This document shows positions 24,901-36,300 of a stretch of DNA of 42,605 bases, piece after piece. The notes beneath the pieces were generated by a model. That model made no database searches and was not told where the DNA came from. It saw only the letters and a list, made by a program, of their open reading frames with translations. Every line of letters starts with the position of its first letter. The first letter of the stretch is position 1. Both the position numbers and the translations under genes were made by a program. Source of the DNA: Catajapyx aquilonaris. Taxonomy: Eukaryota. Location: positions 1 through 42,605 of the forward strand of contig JYFJ02003387.1 in NCBI GenBank assembly GCA_000934665.2, given 5' to 3'.

Positions 24901-26962
24901 CTGTAGCTTCTCACCCTTCACAGGTTGAAGCGGGACGAATGCCTTGAACGGAAACCCACAAAAATTCTCGAAAATCTTACAAAACGGCGTCAAAAAGGTG
25001 GAAATGAGTGAAAATAGGCGCTAATAGGCCATTTAGGTTCCAACCCCCGAAATAGGCAATTTTAGGTTCTATAAAACTACGATTTTTGAGGTCATTGTGT
25101 TATGAAACGGATAGATATTTTGGTTTCGGTGTTCTGCCTACAGAATATAAAGTAGGTAAAAACCTAGAAATCTGTTCTCTAATTTATTTATTCGATTTAT
25201 TTCGTATAAGCATGTTTTAACTGTAATATGTGAGATCTGATCCTGCAATAAATTCTTGTAAGTTCTGTGTTGACCAATTTTCTTTTGCTAATGGGTCCTT
25301 AATAACTAGCCTGTAAATTAGTTGTCTATGGTCTGAGGAATTGTAAGTGTTCCCTTCTTATGAGGGGACGAGATCCGAAAGTAAGGCTTCAGAGGTCCAT
25401 GTGAACATACAGGGTGTTCCAAATTCATGGGTCATTTTTTGATAACTGATATCACCTGGCAGTAGTTATTTTTTTGTAGCTTGTTGGGCCCCTAATCAGT
25501 TGCCCAATTTGATATCAACTGCTAATCTGCTATAGAATGGACCATCTTATTAGGGGAACAATAAGCTACAAAAAAAACTACTGCCAGGCAATATCAGTTA
25601 TAAAAAACGACCCACGAATTTGGAACACCCTGTATATTTTTTTAACAAAGTTGCTTTTTCTGGGAAAGCCCCTTTCATAGCGGTAGATCACCGAATTGTA
25701 ACTCTAGTGATATAATGATAGGCATGCAGTTATTGCAGAGTTATTGCCAATGTTTTTCCTCTTCTTGGATATATTTGCACAGTCAATAAGTACCCGCCCT
25801 GGCGGGAGGCCGGTACGTGACGGTGGAGACAGGTACTGCTGTGCTTGGCTGTGAGGTACATTCGCAGTCGCCAACCTGGCCAAGGGTGAACGCGGTGTGC
25901 TGCATAGTAGCTGCGGTACAACAGTCGGAACATGTTGTTCACGATATCAGGCGCGTCCAAGGAGGACTAACGGGCAGTGATTCAGTTCCTGTGTGCGGAG
26001 GGAGCGGGACCGAAGGCCATTCATACGTGCATGAGGGCTGTGTATGGAGACACGTGCATGGCTTATACGACAGTGAAGGACTGGGTCCACCATTTCAGCA
26101 GTGGTCCTCATGTGCGTATGAATTGTCTTCGGTCCCGCTCCCTCCGCACACAGGAACTGAATCATTGCCCGTTCGTCCTCCTTGGACGCGCCTGATATCG
26201 TGAACAACATGTTCCGACTGTTGTACCGCAGCTACTATGCAGCACACCACGTTCACTCTTGGCCAGGTTGGCGACTGCGAATGTACCTCACAGCCAAGCA
26301 CAGCAACACCTGTCTCCTCCGTCACCTGCCGGCCTCCCGCGGCCAGGGCGGGTACTTATTGACTGAGCCTAATATGTCATTGAGAAATTATTCCCAATTT
26401 CTGTGTGTAGTACTTATTTGGCACCATCAGACTTCCACATTTTCTGCAAACTGAAGAAGCACGTTCAAAGCTTGCACTTATTATAAAGACATCCAAGAAG
26501 AAGTCAAACATTGTCTGTCTGCACATCCATGTACTATCACATCTACGACTGAGGCTTTGGTTCCATGATCTACCATGTGATGAGTGCCTCAATAAAAAGT
26601 AAAGCAAGGGACTCAATCAGTTCTATTTGTTTGCCATTGTAATTTTCTTACATTTAAAGATATAAAAGGAACGCCTTTTTATAAGTCAGTAAATATCAAA
26701 ATCCTGAAAAACATGTGCTAAGCAAAAATGCTTGCTTTTCTTCCTCTCTGGCTGCCAGATCAGGATGCTGACGGTAACAGACATAACAAGGCTGCATACT
26801 TTTTTGACTATTCTGCCCACTATCTGCTATTAAACTTTTTTTATTTTACAGCCTCACATTCGCATTTGGAATTCAGTCAGCCTACATACTCTACATGTCC
26901 TAGGAGTTGGGGAATTTGAGCGCTCCCTGTGCTGTGTGTCTTTTTCCAAGGCAGTGAGTATT

Positions 26963-26995
<33 letters not shown>

Positions 26996-27337
26996 AGGGA
27001 GGCAGAGTGGCGCTGCGGTAACGTATGCACCCCCCGGATGTTAAGGTCCCGGGTTCGATCCCAGCCCGGGGTTCTCCCCTTCATCTCGTGCAGAGTTGGG
27101 CCATCTCTGGCTTTGTCTCGGGTGGAATTTCCATAGACTAATCCATCCGGGGGAGTTCACAAAATGACCACACCAACGACATTGCACTGGACTTGGCACA
27201 TCCCCTCCTGTCATCCTGTCTCCTTGCACCGGTGTATGAAGTTAAGGAGTGAAAATGGTGGTATCCCACCCCCCTAAAAAGGCTAAGCCTTATCACGGGG
27301 TAACGTAAAAAAGATAATAAAAAATAAAAAAATAAAT

Positions 27338-27383
<46 letters not shown>

Positions 27384-30300
27384 AGTAGTAGTAGTGTAGT
27401 AGTAGTGTAGTAATACTGTGCTTTCTGTGGCAAGCTGGTGCAAAATGAGTTTGACATGGGGCCTGATATACCATGGGGAGCTGGCTGGCCTCTGTAGAGT
27501 GGGGTAATATTCGTAACATCTTCATTTCCTTCTATATTATCACAAATAAATAAATGTGCAATGCCTCATAGGTCATAGCATTGGGTTTATTATCTCAGAG
27601 ACAACCTGTTTGCAATTTTTTTTTTTGCTGCTTGTAAATGATCAGTAGGCCTACAGCGGTTTTTACCTTGCATGGTGCAGCCAGCTTTTGGGAACCAAAC
27701 GAAACACCAGATGATGATAGCAGCTGATTCAATCAAACTGGGCTGCAAGCACATAAACACCTTCAGGATTCTCATTTCCCCCCCCCCCCTGCAATTTTTT
27801 AAACGAAAACTTGCCTACTGATGTAAAATAATGAATAGTTTAGCTGTAGCTAGGGCTGCACTTGTTTAGATTGAAAGGGGTTGAAAAATGATGAAAACTG
27901 CAAAGTACATAATGCTTATGCCACCCTGTAGACTGTTCAGTCCTTAGAAAATGGGGTGAAGGCTAGTCACCTTTTACAGCAAAACTTAGCAAGTGATATA
28001 TAGGAACTTGTTAGAACCTCCATGATTTGTTGACACTTAGGCCTCTTTCACACAATGCCACCATGGCAGGGCTTCTCCGGTGGCATGTTGCAGATATGTT
28101 CGCCACCCCAGACGCCCTGCCAGCTGAGCTATAGTATCAGAATGCACGTCTGGCCGCAAGAAAAGTCACTTCTCTTGTGAAAGGCTTCATATGATTCAAT
28201 GCAAACATGTGGCGCCACGGCCAAGTGGCAGCGCCACCAGTATTTCTGGCGGCATGTGGGGAGCACTGCCAAGGACACGGCCACCACCACGTCTGAAAGG
28301 CTCCACTTGCAGCAATGAAAAGACCTGGCAGCACTGCCATGGCCGTGTGTCCGTGGTGGCCTCGTGTGAAAGAGGCATTATGGGGGGAGGAGGAAGAAAG
28401 GAGGTGAGGATTTATTATCTCCTTTTATTGTGCTCATTGATCAATTGAATACCAAAATGCAATATGGGCACATCTGTCAATTTTTTCAAAATAGCTTTTG
28501 TGGCATACTGTCCTCCCTCTGGTGGATACCATCCATAGACAATGCAGGAAGAGCTGAAATGCCCTGAAAAGCTTCTGAAACTGGCTTCTAAAGAAGATGC
28601 TTCACTTGCCATTGGAACGCTTCCCTCTGAGGGGAAATGCAGCACCTAGTGGAAAATAAAGTAGATTTATGGGTGTGTACTCTACCCTAAAATGTTTGAC
28701 CCACGCCCTTGGGAAGTAGTCAAAAATGGCCTCAACTTTATAATGTATGATCCTGTATAATGTCTGCAACTAAATCTTTTTATTTATGTGCAGGATGGTG
28801 GGTCCTTGTTGTGTGCAGTGGATGAAGCATCTGATCACAATATTTCCATCTGGGATTGGCAGAAGGGAGAGATTGGCCAGAAAATTACTGAAACCAAGGT
28901 AACTACTAGTACTCTGGATTGTTTTGACAAGGATTGATGTAAATGTCACATGAAAATAATTTGTGGTTGAACACAGACAAAATATTAGGAATGCTGAATA
29001 TTACTAAATGCTATGAACAACTTAGTACTACAAAATTCAAATGGTCTGCAAGTCTCAAAGCAGAGCAATTGGGTCAGTGTGCTAGGACAGACCCTGCACA
29101 GTGGGATATTTGGGAGTGCACAGAGCATCCAGGTTTCAATCTAGATTCTGTATGATTTTGCAACCCGGTAAACCATATCGTACTTAATTGAAGGATGATT
29201 GTGATTTTCTTTAGTAATCTTGTTCCTGTCCTCCCACTCACTTCCCCATTGAGAGGGCCCTCAGCCACATTTTCTCTGGGATTGTATTAGAGTGCATGTA
29301 CAGTACATGGGACTGAACTTTTTAGCTTACAGTAGGCCCTCAGCAGAAAGTCCAATTTGGCCCCTTCTCACATGGGGTTGAGATGCACACAGTGCTGCCA
29401 AGAGGCCTCCTCAGCCATGCATAAAGATGGAGGACAACAGCTCACACTTTACCTATTTGTGTTTAATTTTCCCTGCCTGCCCAACCTTTGCACCATGTCC
29501 AACTTCTGTACCACAAGTTGCAGCACGACCTGGATGCCAGGCCGGTTCAGCAGCATTTTCGCCACATTGCTGGCAGTCTCCTTAACCCAGGGTGTTGCTA
29601 TCTTTCTCACCGACCCTGATCTTTCCACTTCCCCCATCTCTCTGACCCCATCAAAAACCTCTCGCCTACCATCCCTGCTGCACAACATATGCTCCGTGAG
29701 CAAGGCCTCCAGTCAGCTTGGTTTGCCTTAGCTGAGCCACCCTTTCTGACTGGCCTTCTGTAGGCCTGGCACTATGTAGGTGCAATATGGATACAAGAGA
29801 GAGAGAGTAAACAGCCTTCTGTAGGTAGGCAAGCCAATGGCTAATGGCCAATTTTTAGTCCCATGCACATGCACTCATAGCCTGGGAAGAACTGTTGATA
29901 TACTTACTAGTTACTTACTAGCTTTTTAGAGTTATGCCACATTTATTACTTCAGATAGTATCTTGTATGTGTCCATCAAATAGATAGCCAGTCTTGAAAT
30001 AGATGCAGTGTACTGATTCTGCATAGCATTATGTTCAGGGGTATTGACCGAATTTTTTCTTACAGATACCCAGGCTTTGAAATTACCAGCCAAGTAAATC
30101 ACATAAATTATATTGGCCAAGGCAATGTGATGTGTCACGTTGTTACCTCCCTGGGTAATTCTATTCCTGACTTGAGAGAAGGAATGCCTATTTTTCCATC
30201 CTACCGAAAAAAGACAAACCTGCAAATTGTAATACAGTAATTTACACCAGACAATAGAAAATAACATTTTATTGCAATGTGCAGGTGTGACTTTTTGTAG

Positions 30301-33300
30301 TGGAATAGCAGTATTGCAGGGCAGTGTTAGGAGTGGCAGGGGCTGTAATAGAGAGGCTAGAAGGAGGGGCAAAAGCACAACAAAAATGGTGTAATGTGGC
30401 AATGGTGGAGGGAATCCTTCCCCCACAGCCCAATTCCTGTGGACTACCTCTGGAGTTGGTTTCCTGTATATTACTGAAACGCATTTTCAAATTATTGGGC
30501 ATCCAAAGCCCCATTCCCTCTCCCTCCTACCTGTTCCCTATTCTAGTCCCTCTTTGACCCCCACATCTCCATGGTGCAATATTGCATTGATGTGAGTAAG
30601 TAATTTACAGACAACCAACTTTAGATGAAGTCAGGGAAAGTCCAATCAACTTTCTGGAGAGTCCATAGTACTTGTATGTGTATTTGAACAATTGGAGTGA
30701 TAACTCCTTGGGTGGTGGCTATGAGAAAGTCATATAGGAAAATCACAATATTACCTACTTTATTGGTCCTGATATAGTGGGCATACTGGGACTCCAAATT
30801 CCAAAAAATCAAGAATCAGAGCTAATCTGTGCACACCCAATGCACCAGTGGGCTTTTCACCTAAGGGCCCTACTGACAAATCGCAATATATTGAGAGGAT
30901 TTATCTGCAATAAATTACTACTGTTGAAAGCTCTAGGAAAATTCTGCCTCCAGTAAATTATTACGACATTGGCAAGTGATAACTTGGCTGCATTCCTAAT
31001 GGCTTTATTTTGCATGAATGGCAATGGCTACTATTTGTACTGCTTTTAGCTCTCCCAGAATCCCATGAGCATTCAATATAGTAAAATGGAGAGAATGTGG
31101 TAGAGGAGCCAAATTGTGAGTTCTCATTGCTCTACTGTTATGTCAGGGATCTAGATTCCAGTAGGTAGTGCAGTGTTTACATAACTGACAATAGAACTGT
31201 TTATTCTTATATGTTTAATGTATACTGTACTTGTTATTCTGAAATCCATTACAGCATGTTGCAAGGGTTATGAGGTCAAGAAAGGCTTCATGCCTAATGA
31301 GTTTGTTCTCAGTTATTTGTTCTTGCCAGTTCCAAGGTCTCAAATGTTTGGTTTTAGTGGTGTAAAATATACTGGATTGAAGCTGATTGTTAACAATGTT
31401 TTTATGACCATCTCTGTTAACAGTGTTCAGCTGATACAGTGGTAGCTGCTGAGTTTCATCCTCTGGATAAGCATTTCATAGTGACTTGTGGCAAAAATCA
31501 TATAAACTTCTGGACCCTGGAGGGTGGGACCCTTAGCAAACGCCTGGGTCTCTTTGAGAACCGTGATAAGCCCAAGTATGTGACTTGCGTGGCATTTTCC
31601 TGCAGTGGAGATGTGTTGAGCGGCGACTCCAATGGAAACATCATTGTATGGGAAAGAGGTAATATGATTACCGAATGTGACTGACAAGGGAAGTGTAAGT
31701 GTTGTCCGTGGAGTTGCTGAATGAAACTTGGCGCAATAATGTAGGCAGGTAAGTTATTAAAGAAAATGCAAACAATTTAGGCGAATGCCCACAAGGTCAA
31801 AAGTTATGACCTCTTGAACTCACAAGGGACACTTTCCAAGGTCTCACCGATTTTTTTGAAATTCGGTACATTGGTAGGCCACCCCAAGGGATGAAAAACG
31901 TGCGTAAAGTGACCTGCTCAAAATGATCCAGTGACCCCTTTTTGGGGAGCAGAGGTCAACTCGTAAATGCCGAAAACTCACCAATTTTCTTGAAATTCGG
32001 TGCATTGGTAGCCCCCAAAAATGGGTCACCGGATCATTTTGAGCAGGTCACTTTAGGTGCGTTTTTCATCCCTTGGGGTGGGCTACCAATGTACCGAATT
32101 CCAAGAAAATCGGTGAGACCTTGGAAAGTGTCCCTTTTGAGTTCGACAGGTCATAACTTTTGACCTTGTGGGCATTCGCCTAAATTGTTTGCATTTTCTT
32201 TAATAACTTACCTGCCTATATTATTGTGCCAAGTTTCATTCAGCAACTCCACAGACAACACTTACACTTCCCTTTGAGTAGGAGAGTGGGATAGTTAAGC
32301 AATCAGTGCAATTAGTACAAAATTTATAATTTATCATGGGACCAGGGCCTGAGCAACAGTATTTGGTTCCTACAATCCTATCAGGAAATATTAAAAACTT
32401 TTATCAATGTCAATCATATTCTTGTCATCACAATTGCAGTTCAATAATATCAATTTTTTTTCCATAGCCTCAAATATGTCATGTCAGAGACGGACTTCTT
32501 GTTTGTTAAATAATAGATTTATCTGATGCTAACAGCCTTCTGCTCTTGGCAAATGCTTGTCACTCTTTACTTTGTACTCTTACACTTAAGAAAACTTGAT
32601 GATATATTACAAGTAATCAATCCTTTTTAAATGCAAATTTTTAAACAAACCACGGCACCTATTACAGGGAGCAACACCATTGCTCGTCTTCTTCGAGGTG
32701 CCCATGAAGGACCTGTATTTAGCATATGTGTTCTTCAAGATGGAAACATTTTATCTGGAGGTGGGAAGGATGGCCGAATAGTACAATGGGAGGATTATAA
32801 TCGCACTGGCTTGGAGGTTCAGGTAGAATGAAAGCCTTTGAAATTATGCTTTTTGCAGGCAATTGCCCAGTAAATAACTGAAAAGGTACCGTTTACTGTA
32901 CATGCAGATTCCTGAAGATGTGGGAGCAGTTCGAACTGTGGTTCCTGGACGAGGTTCTGAGCTACTTGTGGGAACAACTCGCAACTGTGTATTGAGTGGC
33001 ACTCTGGAGTCAGGCTTCCAAATCCAGGTGAGGGGTCACACAGAGGAAGTGTGGGGCTTGGCTGTTCATCCGATGCAAAATCAGCTGGTCACTGCTGGCT
33101 ACGACCGTCAAGTGCACTTTTGGGACACCCTGTCTCGTACCATGGTTTGGTTCATGGATGTGGGAGAGCAGGTAAATTATTTGTTTGTTCCTGAAAGGTG
33201 TTAGATTAAGTATTGGTGATCTGGTTTTGTAGGTGCAGTGCACAGCCTTCTCACCAGATGGAGGCGTATTGGTTGTGGGGACAGTGTCAGGGCGCTGGCT

Positions 33301-36300
33301 AGTGCTAGATGCACATACCCGACAGCTTGTACATTCCCAATCAGATGGCCATGAGCCCATCCAGGTGGTCAAATTTTCACCGGATGGGTCTCATCTGGCA
33401 CTGGGCTCCAGGGATAATTCCATCTACATTTATCAGGTTGCTGAGGAAGGGCGGAAGTACTCCCGTGTGGGCCGCTGCATTGTAAGTATATGCTGGAATT
33501 TGACTGGTTAACAGGCTCTGTTTTGAGGATTGTTTCAAACATGAGAGGAATTTGAGAGTTGGCTTGAACAGTTCAGTACATCATCTAGATCAATGGTTCC
33601 CAACCTTTTTTGGGTCGTGACCCCCTTTTTATGATAGTCAAGAGTCAAGTAACCAACCAACAAACACACGCACACCCACACAGAGACACACCCCCAAGAG
33701 TGTTAGTAGGTGTTCCTTCGTGGTAAAATTTCCTGTAAAATTTATTTGTTTGTTTGTTTAATTTTATTGATTTATTAATTTATAAAAATTACCGCGGCCA
33801 CACGCAACCCCCAGGTTGGGAACCGCTGATCTAGATTGTCACTGGTTTAGTGATGCAGAAAACTGTTATTTATGTCCACATGCTGAGATATCAATTTTTA
33901 TTCAGATCGAATGTATGTCCTTCAAAATTTATCCATGTCAATCATAAAAAATACAATTGTTTGTACCACCATTTTAAGTTCCAAGGATATCAAGAGTTCT
34001 CTGGGATGTGGTAGACAGTTGATTGACATGATTTAGGCTCTGTTAAGGAGATAATTGTATATAAATTCTCATAATGCCACCCATATGAATGTTTAGGAAC
34101 ATCCTTTTTCATATGCTAACTCCACCATCCATATTTGTCTGGTGAGCTGACCAACAAGCTATTCTCTAATGCTCAAATGAATGGTGTCATAAAAATTTGC
34201 ATGTGATTATCTTCACAATGGAACCAGAATCACCTTGGGTACTTGGGTATTAGAAAATTGGAATTGAACCAATGGTCAAGAGGAAGCAGTACCCACCTTT
34301 CTCGCCACCATATTTGCATCTGGCAATCAGCTTTGCCCTTTGGCCATAAAGGTGGAAGGTGGGAAGTGAAAACAGGAGAGCACTGGACAAAGGCGTTTAT
34401 GCACTTCTCAATTAAGTGTTATTGAACAATGTTTAGGCTTGTTGCAGGTCCTGATGTGGATCGAGAGTTGTAGTGGAAACAAAGTATACCCTGTATCCTG
34501 TGAGCAATTATCTTCCAAGATGCTACTGGAGGAAAGAAATTCTGCTTTAATACTTAATCTTCTACTCTTACATTTCAATGTCCCATGATATTAATTTGGT
34601 TAAGTGTTGCAATCCTGAAAATTTATTTTCCATACCTTCCATACCATTTGATGCGTGCACATAAAGAACTGACTGTTCATGGGGCATAAATGGTCTTCAA
34701 AACTCACATGCTCTCATACTGTGTGTATGACAGAATCACGTTTTTTTTTTAAATTAACCCTTGCTTTAATCCTTTAAAAACCCTTGATTCAAATAATCTC
34801 AGTGTTCTACTTGGATTATCGTTATACTGTATAAACCAAGGTATAAACATTAATAGCACAGGTTGTAGAAGATCTCTATAAGGGTGCATTATGTGAAGAG
34901 GTATTATTGCCTTTTATTGTGCAACTGCATGATGACAAGTGGGCAGTAAAGCTTTTATTGTGATTAGAGGCAGTTGGTCTTGATTTACATACTGGCAGTC
35001 AATATTTATATTATGTTGGACATACGCAGGCAGAAAGTGATTTAACTGGGCAACAGGAAATCATTAAAATTATTCTTAGCACAGCATATACACCAGATGA
35101 GGTACCAGCACTGACATCCCAAGCAAAAACCATGGAATTGCAATAACCCTGTAACTTGAACATATATTTTTGAAACCCTCAATCGTGAGATCTACCTAGA
35201 GTACTAGGAACCCAGTTCCTTTAGACTGTCTAGAGTCTACTGTCTAGAGATTTCCTTTCAGAGTTATAAGGTCATGAGGATGCTGCAAGTTTACTTTGGT
35301 AGTCAAAAATTTGAGCAAGAACCCATGGGTTTTGATATCTAATGCAAAGAGTTGCAGGGTTTTGATTTGGGATGTCAGCATTCCATCATCGGTTACACGG
35401 TGCATGCACTTCTGTGTTTTAAAATGGTTTTCCTGTTTCCAATTGCTGAAAACTGCAAATTAGTCACCTTTCTTGTATATGTGCCTTGCTTGGTTGCGTG
35501 CCTCTACTGTCTGATGCATCCTTGTGCAAGAAAAGATCCAGCAATGGCTTTTGAAACATTGGTGTATGTGGGAGGCACATAGTGATTGTAATTATAAACT
35601 CATGTGGTATGGAGTTAAGGCATACTTAATTTTTAGAAAATTAAGAATGGTTATACCAATGTTCATGCAGCTCTACACTACAACGTTTCGGTCTGAGGAA
35701 CAAATGCAAATAAATAATAATTGATTTCAATATTTGAAAATTAATTTTGATGCAAATTTTTCAACTGAAATAGCCAAGCCAAAGTACATATCCTTACCCA
35801 TATTTCAAAGTGTTTGTCAGAAGTGTTGGTGTGTTTGTCTCACCAGAAGAACAGTATTTTAAATGCCCCAGTTGGGGAAGGCCATTCTTTGCACATAGAG
35901 CCACCATTGCACCTGGCGCTTCCTGTAGGCCTACAAATGAGAACATCTTTCGAGTTAGATCCTTTTTTGTTGTATTTTAAAAAATCTCTGGATGGAAAGA
36001 TGTTTTCATTAGAAGAAGTGAAGGGTGCGGTGTTGGTGCCATGCATATGGAATGGTCTTCCATGACAGGCATAGAAAAAGTTGCCTAGCAGTGGGACAAA
36101 TATACTAGTGTCTTCAGCAAATGCCACGTGATAAATGAAAAAATGAAAGGATGTGTACTTTCATATGGCTATCTCAATTGTGGCATTTTCATAAAAACTG
36201 AATAGTCGTGATTAAAATTACGATACTTATTGATTTGCTCTTGCAGTACATGACTCAGACTACCTTTAACCCCTTCGGCCCCAGTAGCCTACACGTGTAG

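Larger units (their letters stand above)
25361..26610 (+). pseudogene. Highly decayed mariner carrying nested insertions
   Basis: TA|TGAGGGG..CCGAAAGTAAG terminus at about 25361; 26400-26470 translates to YLAPSDFHIFCKLKKH; boundaries approximate. Confidence 0.55.

Noticed and set aside
27138..27525. Poly-Leu/poly-Thr ORFs
   Set aside because: Translation artefacts of the (GTA)n microsatellite
29357..29851. ORFs on both strands, possibly a nested gene or LINE ORF1 remnant
   Set aside because: No recognisable motif or splice structure; probably decayed retroelement, but I cannot support a call
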